Virus record (IMG/VR): IMGVR_UViG_3300013132_000059
Span: 1-57,465 of that record
Strand: one strand, 5' to 3'
DNA length: 57,465 bases
Source: a virus
Lineage: Duplodnaviria > Caudoviricetes
Below the pieces are notes generated by a model. That model made no database searches. It was not told where the DNA came from and was given only the letters and a program-made list of their open reading frames with translations. Both the position numbers and the translations under genes were made by a program. Positions 30,391 to 40,784 of the stretch are shown piece after piece. Positions within the stretch are counted from its first letter, which is position 1, and each line of letters opens with the position of its first letter.

Positions 30391-33300
30391 TAATAATTCC
30401 CTAATCCACTTATAATTCTTTGTTGACTTACAATATTTGAACTAATTGATATTGCACCTTCAGCATTAAGTTGACTGGCTGTAAGTGTATCTATGACTTC
30501 AATATCATCACTTGTAGTACCATTTATAAAAATTTGATCACTTTCACTAGTAATTTCAAATAAACTTCCAAATTTTAAATTACTTTGACGGGGCACTATT
30601 ACTACATTAACAAGATAAGGAACCACTCTATTCATTATGTACGTGACTAATTCACTAAAATAAAAACTATCCCCAAAATCCCAATTTTCAACAGTAAAAA
30701 ATTCATTAATTGCAGCCAAAACTTTTGCTTTTATTTCATTATCACTAATAGTTTGTTCTGAATTTTTTACTAATTTAAAAATAGCACGTAAATTAGGATT
30801 GGCTTGTGGCCCAAATAAAACTTTATATTTTACTGAATGATAAACGATTTCATCACTCATTGCCTTAATAGAATTTAATGATGAACTCATTGTGATACTT
30901 AATTGATCACTACTAGGTGGTAATGGTTCTGTATCTAAAGAACCTGCTAGCCATCTTCTAAATTCTAAATCATAATTTCTTGTCAGTACATAAAGATCAA
31001 TAATATTTGTTTGACCAGGATCTAATCTTGTTTCATAATCTGCACTATGAACATATTGAAACTTAAGATCAGATCTTCCTAAAAACACTTTATAATCTAA
31101 ATTATAAACCAATCTACCTTCTTTTGTACTATATTTGGCCACTGTATTATTGTCAATAAAATAATAATATTGACCATCACTGCTGCTTAAAGGTGCTTGT
31201 GATTCAGTTTCAAAAATAATAATATTTGAACTACTTGTGTATCTGTAATCATATTGACCTGTTAGAGTTTCATACTTTTCTAATACAACAAAATTACCAT
31301 AGTCTAATTTCCATTTAGAATTATTTACTATGGATACTAGACCAATTTTTAATACTGGTTCGTTGTTTAGATTATTATCTATTTGACTAATATATATGTT
31401 ATTATTATACAGTACAAAATCATCTTTAGAATATGTGGATGTTGCATTCCATACAGTATAGTAAGGTACAACTAGTGTATCAAATAAATCAGGATCATCA
31501 ACAACTCCGTCATCATTGCTATCGAAAAAACTTAATTCTATTTTTTTATTGTCAACATAGCCATCAGAACCAATAAAATCATTGATTATTTCCCACTCCA
31601 AATCGTAAGTAAATGATTTAGTGGAGTTTGGTTTATTATTGATTGATAGGAGTTTGATCTTATCCTTTACAATTGTATTTGATCTTGTATCAAATACCTT
31701 ATTTGTGCTGTCAAAATAAAATCTAACTTTTTTATCACTTTCAAAAATATACCTAAGTCTTCTAGAAGTTACAGTATAAAATTCGCTATTAGTTGTAAAA
31801 AGTAATAACCAACTAGCGTCTAATTTTTGATTAGTTGTGTCCCCTGCTTTACCTATATTAAAGCTACTAACTATGTTTAAATCATTTTCAAATATAATTT
31901 TCCATGATTTAGTAGGTACATCATATCTCAGTCCAAATGGTTTATTTGAAAATATTAAATTAACCATTGTACTAATTATAGTATCTGTTAAATTAGTTTT
32001 CCAACTAGGGATAATTTGTTCTAAAATAGCATTTGATGGTATTTCATTACTGAGTTTTATTGGTCCAGTACCATCCGTTAATTCTGCTACACTGCCATTT
32101 TCACTAACACTTATTACTTTGGCCCATACATATTCACAAGCATAAGGTGTATTTTCTGATACTGTTTCTAAAATATTACCTTTATTTTTATTAAAATATT
32201 TTCCTGTTGGTGGTATGAATTTTAATATGGAGCCAACTTCTAAATTCCTTAATATGGTCGTAACATCGTAGCCTACAATATTATTACTGGCATCTGTAAG
32301 ATATCCAGTACTTTCATTTGAACTTGATGTTTTTTGGACCCATTTATAATTTAAATCAGTACCAATTCTTATTCTACTAAACTTATTATAATAATAATTT
32401 CTTATACTAGTTTCTTTTAGAATAGGTAAAATTTTATTATAAATTATACCTTCAATATCCACAGTAGTAGAGTAACTAAATTTATAAGTATCTTCAAACT
32501 CTTCTTTGTAGATTATACCATCATCACTAAACAAATTTGTACTACTATACTTTCCAGTAGGATCTATTAAATCAAAATATCTACTAATACCACTGCTACT
32601 TCTATTAATTGCTTTAACTTTTAGTATATCTTGGTTAACACTAAGAGGACTTAAATTATAGTCCTCACCAGTTATCATTCTATTTTGAGTATAATAAGTA
32701 CTTGGTGCTTTTAATTTAATTTGTTCATTAGATTCAGGACCAGCACTATTACTAACTGATGTTTGTAAATTCATTGCAATGCTAAGAACTTCTAATTGAC
32801 CACTATTACTAAAATAGGGAACGTCAATAGTAACACTACGCATATCTTTAGGATTAATTATGTAAGATAAAGCGTTGCTAGTTCTATAGTATATTCTAAA
32901 AGTTCCTAAAGGTAAATTACCAAAAGTGCCATCACTAAATGCAACACTAACCCTATCATTTACTCTTGTAATTACGCTGTATATGTTTCTTATATTTTTA
33001 TCTAAACTATTGTAAATTACATTATTAGCCTCAAAATTAGGCACCTGGGCCCAATATTCCATTTCTACACCTCTTGAGTCTAATTTATAGAGCCAAACAT
33101 CTGTATCATTGATGTTCACTGCATCAATATCTATAATTTCATTAGTACTTGGCTGGTCGATAGTAAATGAACCAGTCTGTAAAGTACCTTGTCTAAAATG
33201 ACTGAAAAATCCGTTGGCTGTACTTGCACTACCTTTACCATCATCTCTATAGATAAAACTTAAGTTGTTTCCACCTAATGGGGGATCTTCTACAATGTCC

Positions 33301-33968
33301 TTGCCATCTTTAATTATAGTACTGGTAATTTCAAACTGCATAGTTCTACCATCAACAGTTTTATTAAATCCATAAACTGGTATAGTAGTTCCAGTAGTTT
33401 GTATTCTATATTGTTCTGTAGGAATACTATAAACCACAGCCTTATTATTTGGAGATCCAAATTGGGCAGTGATAGGCATAGCACTATTAATTACTCTTAT
33501 GAATTGATCGAACCACTCATTGTTGCTAGGGTCATTCCATAAAATTTCTTGTCCTGCTAAGTTTCTACCATTACTATCAATTACAGTTTCCGTAGTAGTG
33601 ACACTTTGCCATTTTAATAACCCATTAGCAGCTATATTTCTTTTGGCATTATAACTCAATGTACGTGCTAGTCTTAGTATACTTTCCCTACGTTCAGCAA
33701 GTTCTAAGAAGTTTTCTCTAGCATTAAGATCTACACGAAATGCTATACTTTGTCCTAAAAAAGCAATCATATCTATTAGAGCAAGATATTCACTGCTTTC
33801 TATATAATCGTTAAAATCTTCTGGGTAATTTTGTCTCAAATAGTCAATCATTACTCTGCGTAAATTTTCAAAATCATAACTTTGAAAATCAGCATTACGA
33901 AAACTTTGATATATTCTACGCCAGTCTTCGGCTACTAGTAATCTATTTTGTCTATCAGTAGATGACAT
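30390..33968 (-). CDS. Baseplate wedge subunit, gp6-like
   Basis: DFENLR...F.DY.ESS...ENFL..A.RRES...LA..LSY, FSDG.FG..P, and ES.EQIK..AP..Y.TQNR.IT.EDY. Confidence 0.85.
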   Translation of the reverse strand: MSSTDRQNRLLVAEDWRRIYQSFRNADFQSYDFENLRRVMIDYLRQNYPEDFNDYIESSEYLALIDMIAFLGQSIAFRVDLNARENFLELAERRESILRLARTLSYNAKRNIAANGLLKWQSVTTTETVIDSNGRNLAGQEILWNDPSNNEWFDQFIRVINSAMPITAQFGSPNNKAVVYSIPTEQYRIQTTGTTIPVYGFNKTVDGRTMQFEITSTIIKDGKDIVEDPPLGGNNLSFIYRDDGKGSASTANGFFSHFRQGTLQTGSFTIDQPSTNEIIDIDAVNINDTDVWLYKLDSRGVEMEYWAQVPNFEANNVIYNSLDKNIRNIYSVITRVNDRVSVAFSDGTFGNLPLGTFRIYYRTSNALSYIINPKDMRSVTIDVPYFSNSGQLEVLSIAMNLQTSVSNSAGPESNEQIKLKAPSTYYTQNRMITGEDYNLSPLSVNQDILKVKAINRSSSGISRYFDLIDPTGKYSSTNLFSDDGIIYKEEFEDTYKFSYSTTVDIEGIIYNKILPILKETSIRNYYYNKFSRIRIGTDLNYKWVQKTSSSNESTGYLTDASNNIVGYDVTTILRNLEVGSILKFIPPTGKYFNKNKGNILETVSENTPYACEYVWAKVISVSENGSVAELTDGTGPIKLSNEIPSNAILEQIIPSWKTNLTDTIISTMVNLIFSNKPFGLRYDVPTKSWKIIFENDLNIVSSFNIGKAGDTTNQKLDASWLLLFTTNSEFYTVTSRRLRYIFESDKKVRFYFDSTNKVFDTRSNTIVKDKIKLLSINNKPNSTKSFTYDLEWEIINDFIGSDGYVDNKKIELSFFDSNDDGVVDDPDLFDTLVVPYYTVWNATSTYSKDDFVLYNNNIYISQIDNNLNNEPVLKIGLVSIVNNSKWKLDYGNFVVLEKYETLTGQYDYRYTSSSNIIIFETESQAPLSSSDGQYYYFIDNNTVAKYSTKEGRLVYNLDYKVFLGRSDLKFQYVHSADYETRLDPGQTNIIDLYVLTRNYDLEFRRWLAGSLDTEPLPPSSDQLSITMSSSLNSIKAMSDEIVYHSVKYKVLFGPQANPNLRAIFKLVKNSEQTISDNEIKAKVLAAINEFFTVENWDFGDSFYFSELVTYIMNRVVPYLVNVVIVPRQSNLKFGSLFEITSESDQIFINGTTSDDIEVIDTLTASQLNAEGAISISSNIVSQQRIISGLGNY

Positions 33969-33986
33969 ATATTATCCTTATCGCAA

Positions 33987-33992
33987 TATTTA
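33987..33992 (-). promoter_or_regulatory. Late promoter core TAAATA
   Basis: AATAAATA upstream of gp6, followed by an AAGGA RBS. Confidence 0.65.
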
Positions 33993-34014
33993 TTTGCAAT
34001 TTAAAACTGCTAGT

Positions 34015-34455
34015 TTAACCAGTTAGCCCTGCACTTTGATCAAATCTAAAACGTAATACTTCACTCACGTTATAAGGTGAATAAGTTAGTTGACATTCAA
34101 TTTGAATCCCTGATTCATATGCTGTGATGACAACTTCATCTGCTGTAACTCTTGGGTCATAATTAATAATTCTTTCTACATCTTTTATTATTAATTCTTT
34201 TAAATCTTCAGTCATAGGTTCAAAAATACAGTCCCAAATAATAGTGCCAAAGGTGGGATCACTGAGTTTTTCACCTTGTTTTATGTGAAAATGGTTAATT
34301 ATATCCTGTTTTATAAGGCTCATATCATATAAACTATAGTTTTCGCTATCCTCACTTATAGTACTGAATCCCCTATAAGTCCTTGGTAGAGGTGGTAAAT
34401 CTTTAGGTGGATTACCTTTTACAACTATTTTTTCATATAATCTTTGAATTGCCAT
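34015..34455 (-). CDS. Baseplate wedge subunit, gp25-like
   Basis: YRGFST...IKQDI.NH...QGEK...PTFG...FEP...YDPRV. Confidence 0.88.
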   Translation of the reverse strand: MAIQRLYEKIVVKGNPPKDLPPLPRTYRGFSTISEDSENYSLYDMSLIKQDIINHFHIKQGEKLSDPTFGTIIWDCIFEPMTEDLKELIIKDVERIINYDPRVTADEVVITAYESGIQIECQLTYSPYNVSEVLRFRFDQSAGLTG

Positions 34456-34460
34456 ACTAG

Positions 34461-34466
34461 TATTTA
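34461..34466 (-). promoter_or_regulatory. Late promoter core TAAATA
   Basis: Overlaps the gp5 stop codon, 5 nt before the gp25 ATG. Confidence 0.6.
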
Positions 34467-36110
34467 ATCACGTTTGTTCTTGGCAAAGGTATCTAGTTTT
34501 GTTGTATACTTTTTAAAATATTCAGGCTTGAATAAGAAATCGCCTGTATCCTCATTTCTTCCTTCAATATCCCTATCAGTTTTATCAGGCTTAAATTCTA
34601 AAGGATCCAAGTTCTCATGATGCTGCCAGGGCTCTTTAATAGGCACTCTACGCATAATAGTTTGAAATAATTCATTACCTTCTTGGTCTGGAACACTGTG
34701 AACTTTGAGTAATTTGGGTAATTCTGCTTCATCTGCTACACTGGCCTGTGATGCTCCTGGGCCATTCATATGTATATTTGGTGCTGTTTCTATAATATTA
34801 CCACCAGATCTAGTTTCGTTAGTACCACCGCTGGTCATATAAATGTGTCCACCTACACTGATATCATAGTAATCAGCAGCATAGTGTCTAAAAGCATTGC
34901 TATGATAAATGTCAACTCTACCTACAACCTTTTGTTTATATTCTTGTTCTATAGTTTCATCACGTTTCATTTTAATGTGTATTTTTTGATTTTCGTCAAC
35001 CATTAAAATATGATCTTTTAGAACATGAGTATGCATTTCTTCCTTAACTTTAATATTAAAGTTGCGTCCTGCTTCCATATTAATATCACGATCCGCATAT
35101 AGATTAAAGTCATTTTTAGTATGCACACTGATACTATCTTCACAGAATATGTCCATTTTACCATCACTGCTTAATTCTATCCAACTTGTGCCCCTAGCAT
35201 TACCTATATAGATGAGATCTTCACTGTTATGTAATAAGATTTGATGCCCAGTACGTGTACGTATGCGTATGAGTTCATTATGTGGTATTTTGTTGTCACC
35301 TTTTTCACCATCTTCTACAGTGGCATAATCTGGTGGTCCTTCACTAGCATTAGTTTTACGTTCAAACTTGTCATCACCGTCATCCATAACAAAACTACTG
35401 CCACCTAATCTGCTTATAGGAGCACCGGTAATTTCATGTTCTGCCTTACCTACTTTGCCTGTTGGACCATCTTTGTCTATAGGTCCAGGTGTACTAATAC
35501 CAAATACCATGCTAGGTACTTCACGTCTAGCACTGGTTGTAGTTATACCTCTTATGTCATCTAACATCAACCCTTGTTCTTTTAAGCGATCCACAAAATA
35601 TTTGTGTTTAGGTTTTTTAACTTTGGTAGTATCTTTGGGCAGGGGTTGATCAATTTTTTTATTATATTCTGCTACTGGTTCACGTTCTTCCTCACCATCA
35701 ACATGAAATCCTGTACTTGCATATCCAGGAGTCATAAAATTCATGTCTAAATCTAAAGTACATGCTATCCAATAGCCTTGTTTAGGATCACTGTCAATAA
35801 AAATTACAATTACAGTGCTGCCTACATCTGGTGGTATAGCCCAAAAGCCATAACTTTTTTGTGTACCATCATAGGTATTCTCTTGGCTATTAAATTCAAG
35901 TCCAGTTTGTCCCCAAAAAGGACTAGCATATTTTACAACATATAATTGTCCTTCGGCTTTGGGAGCATTACCAACTTGTCTTAATAATTGTACTTCCAAA
36001 CTACCCATGTACTTTGGATCTAAGTGACTGACTACTTTAGCAAGATAAGGTCCTGTAAGATTACTACCACTTTCTATCGAACCACGTGACTCTTCACTCA
36101 TTAGGTCCAC
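34464..36110 (-). CDS. Baseplate hub/central spike, gp5-like (no lysozyme domain seen)
   Basis: OB-fold DP..MG.L.V...PPDVGS.V.V.F, then RTRTGHQ and beta-helix repeats ending IHMNG. Confidence 0.85.
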   Translation of the reverse strand: MDLMSEESRGSIESGSNLTGPYLAKVVSHLDPKYMGSLEVQLLRQVGNAPKAEGQLYVVKYASPFWGQTGLEFNSQENTYDGTQKSYGFWAIPPDVGSTVIVIFIDSDPKQGYWIACTLDLDMNFMTPGYASTGFHVDGEEEREPVAEYNKKIDQPLPKDTTKVKKPKHKYFVDRLKEQGLMLDDIRGITTTSARREVPSMVFGISTPGPIDKDGPTGKVGKAEHEITGAPISRLGGSSFVMDDGDDKFERKTNASEGPPDYATVEDGEKGDNKIPHNELIRIRTRTGHQILLHNSEDLIYIGNARGTSWIELSSDGKMDIFCEDSISVHTKNDFNLYADRDINMEAGRNFNIKVKEEMHTHVLKDHILMVDENQKIHIKMKRDETIEQEYKQKVVGRVDIYHSNAFRHYAADYYDISVGGHIYMTSGGTNETRSGGNIIETAPNIHMNGPGASQASVADEAELPKLLKVHSVPDQEGNELFQTIMRRVPIKEPWQHHENLDPLEFKPDKTDRDIEGRNEDTGDFLFKPEYFKKYTTKLDTFAKNKRD

Positions 36111-38617
36111 TCTCCTGAATTTTCATCATCACTAACTACTCCTGAAATAGGTTTAGGTGGTTTATGTCCATCTCTTACCTTTGTGGCCACAGTATCTGGC
36201 GGAACACTTGGACCACCGTCTGGTTTTTGGTTTGGTAAACGTACTACATTCAGCAACTGAGTAAAAACTCCTCTATCAAAAGTGCTTTCAACTTGACCTA
36301 CACGATATAGCCCACTAAAACTGGGTGATAGTTCACCTTTAGGAAAATCATATAATCCAGTTTGATGATTTATATCTATAGGATTTCTAAAATTTACTTC
36401 TATAAAAACTTGTCCACGTTGATAATTTATAGCCCAATCTGAGTTCATACCTTTAACATTGGTTTCTCCTGCTGTATAGTTGCCCATACCGCTATCACCT
36501 AAGTAAAAAGGATCCCCTAATATCTTCATTTGTAGTTGAACCATATCTGTAGCAGTGTTTATAGCCTTATGAAATTGACGAGCAGCAATAGTACTTGGAT
36601 CATCACCTTTAGCAGGTCCACCTTGATTACTGCTAAGACTAATTTCTGTATTTCTAATTTGTACTATATTACTCAGTGTATCACCTGGTTTTAAATTTCC
36701 ATACTTACCACTTGCATATTCCTCACTGGCATCATACTTATTACCATTCGAGTCTATGCGTTGATTAGATAGTTTACCATTTTCTATTACGGGTTTACTT
36801 TCAGTGGCATCACTGGCTTGTTGACTTCTATTTTGAATATCCTTATTAAATCTTCCTGCATCTGCTGTTAGGGCTGTGTAAAAACTAGTATTAAAATTAA
36901 TACTAAAATCTAAAATGTCTATATTTTTACTAGTATAAATGTAGTCATATTTTTTAATTGGTACTTTTTGTATTGATGCCGTTGCAGCAGGTTGATCAGG
37001 TTTAACAAATATACTATGATGAATAGTATGTGGAATAACTCTATATACTGTTAAGAAAGGATATTTACCATGCTCTGCCATATTTCCTTCACCTTCTAGC
37101 ATATAGATTTGTGTATCTATTCTCCACCAATTCACATTACCATCGTTATCAAAGTTTTTTGAATCAAGAGCATTACGACCATATTCACTGGCCAATATCA
37201 CTTGATTGATTACATTAGGTATACTAGTTCCTTGTGTAAATTTAGCAGTACCTTCCTTACTGGATATTGTGATTTCACCTCTGACAAATACCTTTTTATC
37301 AGGATCCCAAACAGCATTATCCTTACCAAACACTGCTTCAGGTTTATTTTGATCAATAAATCCCATGTCTGCTAGACCAATAGGACTTACATTAGTATTT
37401 TGTACGAAATTGATACCTTCAATATCAACACCTAGTCTTTCTGCCACACCTTTATTATTTTGTCCACCACCAGCACCGGAAGTAGTGGCACTAGGAGGAT
37501 TACTAGTATCATCACTTTGTGCAGTGCCTGAACTAGTAGCTATATCTAAAGGAAATAGTATTAGTACTCTATCTGGAACTATAGGAGCACCACCTTGACT
37601 TTGTGCTATGGCTTGACTGGCTAATGCGTCATTTAACACACTTTGAAAACTGTTCGGACCTTTTTGTAGCATTTCTTGTACTGTGGATCCTGTACAATTA
37701 ATATCATTTTTAATATTAGATACTTGTTTACTGTAGGCACGTTCGTTCCATGGTATAGCACGGCAACTATAAGTACTTCCTCGATCAGTTACTTTCATTT
37801 CTATACCTGTAATTTTTATAGGAAAGTGTTTTTTTCTAATACTTTTAAAATTTTGATTATTTGGGTCTTTATGTCCTATAAACTCTAAAGTCAGTAACAA
37901 AGGCATCTCCACCCAATTTTTATATTTTACAATACTGGCAGCAACTTGTAGACTTTGAAAAAATTGACCTATACTATAAGGCTCTATAATATTAAATTCA
38001 AGACCAGTACTATTAGTATTGCCAGTCATTTTATCTAAACCTGTTACCCCTTTTATTCTTATATTATCTATAAAATAATCATATTTGCCTTCAGGGTTAG
38101 CAGGACTAGTATAGGTGGATAGTGCTATTCTTTCCATAGGCTTACCACTACCAGATTTAAAAATTATAGGTTCTATTATACCCTTTTTATAACTGTCGTC
38201 TGGAAAATTAATATGACTCCTACTTAGAGCACTTAATGTCCAAATACAATTATAACTAGCAAAATCATGTAGTTCATTTGGAAAAGGTGGACTGGCCGAT
38301 ATTTGAGTTTTATTTTTATTTTCAGCATTAGGGTTAGTAATACTTACATTATTTCCAGCAGTAAAATCTACAGCATAGTCACCATTTGTGGCACCTGTAC
38401 CACCTGGTCCGCCTAAATTAGGAACACCTGGAAGACCTAATCCATTGTTTATGGCATTGTTTAAATTTTGTCCTATGCTATTAAGAGCGTTACTTGCTCC
38501 TGATAGTGCAGATTGTATACTGGATGCTGCACTAGTTCCTGTTAAAACTTTTGTAGCAGCATTAACACCTGCTGCAATTACAGCACCTTTTACTGCATTT
38601 TTAAAACTTAGGCCCAT
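36101..38617 (-). CDS. Baseplate hub protein, gp27-like
   Basis: F.I.EPYS, I.GDPFYL and FSGLYRV..V.S.F..G.FTQ.L motifs. Lies between gp53-like and gp5-like genes. Confidence 0.65.
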   Translation of the reverse strand: MGLSFKNAVKGAVIAAGVNAATKVLTGTSAASSIQSALSGASNALNSIGQNLNNAINNGLGLPGVPNLGGPGGTGATNGDYAVDFTAGNNVSITNPNAENKNKTQISASPPFPNELHDFASYNCIWTLSALSRSHINFPDDSYKKGIIEPIIFKSGSGKPMERIALSTYTSPANPEGKYDYFIDNIRIKGVTGLDKMTGNTNSTGLEFNIIEPYSIGQFFQSLQVAASIVKYKNWVEMPLLLTLEFIGHKDPNNQNFKSIRKKHFPIKITGIEMKVTDRGSTYSCRAIPWNERAYSKQVSNIKNDINCTGSTVQEMLQKGPNSFQSVLNDALASQAIAQSQGGAPIVPDRVLILFPLDIATSSGTAQSDDTSNPPSATTSGAGGGQNNKGVAERLGVDIEGINFVQNTNVSPIGLADMGFIDQNKPEAVFGKDNAVWDPDKKVFVRGEITISSKEGTAKFTQGTSIPNVINQVILASEYGRNALDSKNFDNDGNVNWWRIDTQIYMLEGEGNMAEHGKYPFLTVYRVIPHTIHHSIFVKPDQPAATASIQKVPIKKYDYIYTSKNIDILDFSINFNTSFYTALTADAGRFNKDIQNRSQQASDATESKPVIENGKLSNQRIDSNGNKYDASEEYASGKYGNLKPGDTLSNIVQIRNTEISLSSNQGGPAKGDDPSTIAARQFHKAINTATDMVQLQMKILGDPFYLGDSGMGNYTAGETNVKGMNSDWAINYQRGQVFIEVNFRNPIDINHQTGLYDFPKGELSPSFSGLYRVGQVESTFDRGVFTQLLNVVRLPNQKPDGGPSVPPDTVATKVRDGHKPPKPISGVVSDDENSGEWT

Positions 38618-38618
38618 G

Positions 38619-38921
38619 TTATAGTCCCAATGCTCTAGTCAAACTTGTAGGCTTTGGTATGTAAATTTGAGTACCTGCTACAAAGTCAAAAATAGGATCT
38701 TGAAGTACATCCAGATTACGTTGTGTAAACACCCACCATAGTTTATGATCTTGGTATAGGTCAAATGCTAACAAGTCTGGTCTATAAGCATATTGACTTT
38801 CTATGGTATACAAATAGTCATCAGACTCAGCACTAACTGGCCTAATACTCAAAATACTTAATTGGTCCCTTATAATAGGTGTATTATACCAAGGGCTTGA
38901 ACTGGAATATACTGCTGGCAT
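38619..38921 (-). CDS. gp53-like, LysM-like baseplate wedge protein
   Basis: YRPDLLA.DLY....LWWVF..RN...G..IYIP. Confidence 0.8.
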   Translation of the reverse strand: MPAVYSSSSPWYNTPIIRDQLSILSIRPVSAESDDYLYTIESQYAYRPDLLAFDLYQDHKLWWVFTQRNLDVLQDPIFDFVAGTQIYIPKPTSLTRALGL

Positions 38922-39886
38922 TATAGGTACCCATCCTTTACATAACCGCCTTGTATGAATTTGGCTAAACTGAATTCTCTAATTTTAGTTCTACTATACA
39001 CAGGCATTATAGTCACTGTAAAACTACTTTGAGTAGGAACATGGCTGTCATTTTCAGTACCAGTACCGCTAGGACTTACGCTGCCACCAAACCCTCTGCT
39101 AACTGATTTTCCATTTATGATATCACTAATTGCGCCTGCTGCATTAATCAATCCTGCTGCTTTAGTTTGTCCTGCTGCACCTAATACCCCGCTGGCTAGC
39201 CTAGCAAACCCACCAAGATTGTCCAAAGGTCCTCCCCCCGTATCAGCAGCACCTGCTTTTGGTCTAGGTAATTCATTTATTTTTGTGGTGATATAGTCTA
39301 CTTCTTTAGGTAAACTAACACTAAAACTTTTTACAACTACTGGAATATTTTTAAACACATAATCCCCGTAAGCGTTAAATACTAGTAGAGGTGGAGGGTT
39401 CCCTGCTGTTTGTTGATCTTCACCAGTGTACATTTTAGTAACACTGCGTAAAAAATGTAGAGCAGATAGCCAATACTGTGCTTGTTCAGCATCTTCAACT
39501 ACAAAATCACCCACTATAGTTATATCACTGACCCTACTGTATTGATAAGCAACAAATTGATAGTTTTGATGAGTAATTGGTTGGTCATTATAGTTAGCAG
39601 TGTGATTGATACTAATTGTTGGTGTGTAGGGAAAAATTAACCCACCCGCATTACGCAAAGGAGCAAATAATGGACTATTCCAAGTATCTCCAGGCGGTAT
39701 ACTTAATCTTACACGCCAATCAGCACCGTCCGCCATTGAAGCACTTGCTGGAGTTTTAGGACCTTGTAGTACATTAGGTAAGACATTTTGTGCTCTTATA
39801 CCACTCATAAAATTATTAATTCCAGAAGATAACGTATTTTTTATAGTACCTACAGCATTAGCAAGATTTGGTATATTGATTGGCAT
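38921..39886 (-). CDS. Tail tube initiator/baseplate cap (gp48/gp54-like). ATG 39886 preferred over TTG 39904
   Basis: LIFPYTP...FLRS.TK...GNPPP...F.AYG...IPVVV.SF. The late promoter at 39906-39911 sits only 1 nt from the TTG, so that start is unlikely. Confidence 0.65.
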   Translation of the reverse strand: MPINIPNLANAVGTIKNTLSSGINNFMSGIRAQNVLPNVLQGPKTPASASMADGADWRVRLSIPPGDTWNSPLFAPLRNAGGLIFPYTPTISINHTANYNDQPITHQNYQFVAYQYSRVSDITIVGDFVVEDAEQAQYWLSALHFLRSVTKMYTGEDQQTAGNPPPLLVFNAYGDYVFKNIPVVVKSFSVSLPKEVDYITTKINELPRPKAGAADTGGGPLDNLGGFARLASGVLGAAGQTKAAGLINAAGAISDIINGKSVSRGFGGSVSPSGTGTENDSHVPTQSSFTVTIMPVYSRTKIREFSLAKFIQGGYVKDGYL

Positions 39887-39905
39887 ATTAGTAGTCCTCG
39901 GCAAA

Positions 39906-39911
39906 TATTTA
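39906..39911 (-). promoter_or_regulatory. Late promoter core TAAATA heading the baseplate operon
   Basis: AATAAATA directly adjacent to the -35 box of the divergent sigma70 promoter. Confidence 0.65.
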
Positions 39912-39912
39912 T

Positions 39913-39941
39913 TTGACTTTTTTAACTGCGTAGTTTATAAT
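39913..39941 (+). promoter_or_regulatory. sigma70-type promoter for the gp55-gp47-gp46 operon
   Basis: TTGACT (39913-39918), 17 bp, TATAAT (39936-39941). An AGGA RBS precedes ATG 39963. Confidence 0.85.
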
Positions 39942-39962
39942 AAACCAAACTAGGAATAATCA

Positions 39963-40784
39963 ATGACTGTAAATTATCTCAATAACAAAGATTTATTAGA
40001 AGAAATACACAAAAGTAAGAATACTTACTGTAGTTACAGTAAACCAGAATATCATCAATATGATATTATTCTCACCAGTAAGGATAAAATCAATATAAGA
40101 ACAATTGCAGAAGCCAAACGTAATCGTGCTAAAAGATTGGGTGATGAGATATTTGTTCAGAGGAAACAAGCAGGTGAAAAAGTTAAACTGGCTGAATGTG
40201 AAGTCGATTATAAGAAAATGATTAAGACTGATTTGGTCTTTAGAATCATGACTTATGAACACATTCCTGTGAATAAAACAAGAAAAAAGAGTCAAAAAAC
40301 TGAAGCGGATGGGCACGATCGTGTAAATTTTCCCCCGTTCCAACATTGGAAGTTTGATGAAAATGACGAACTAATATGTGTTGGTAAAAGTCATTGGCGT
40401 GGCGGAGTAAAAAGCGGTAAGTTTAGCAAGGATCACGGCCAAATAACTAATACTCTAGCACGTATGTATATGAAACTATGTGAACGCTATGCTACCCGTG
40501 GTAATGTACGTGGCTACACTTACAATGATGAAATGCGAGCACAGGCCATATTACAACTCACACAGGTAGGACTACAATTTAATGAAGCTAAGTCGAACAA
40601 TCCTTTTGCTTATTTTACTGCTGCTGTTACTAACAGTTTTGTTCGAATAATCAATATTGAAAAACGTAACCAAAATATTAGAGATGATATTTTAGAGATG
40701 AATGATATGACACCGAGTTATACTAGAACTAGCAATGCTGAACATGCTGCTAGTTTGAAACGATTCGAAAGAGAAGAAGAATGA
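39963..40784 (+). CDS. Late transcription sigma factor, gp55-like
   Basis: YLNNKDL N-terminus and N.RGYTY.DEM...F...KS.NPFAYFT. Adjacent to gp47/46 as in T4-like phages. Confidence 0.88.
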   Translation: MTVNYLNNKDLLEEIHKSKNTYCSYSKPEYHQYDIILTSKDKINIRTIAEAKRNRAKRLGDEIFVQRKQAGEKVKLAECEVDYKKMIKTDLVFRIMTYEHIPVNKTRKKSQKTEADGHDRVNFPPFQHWKFDENDELICVGKSHWRGGVKSGKFSKDHGQITNTLARMYMKLCERYATRGNVRGYTYNDEMRAQAILQLTQVGLQFNEAKSNNPFAYFTAAVTNSFVRIINIEKRNQNIRDDILEMNDMTPSYTRTSNAEHAASLKRFEREEE

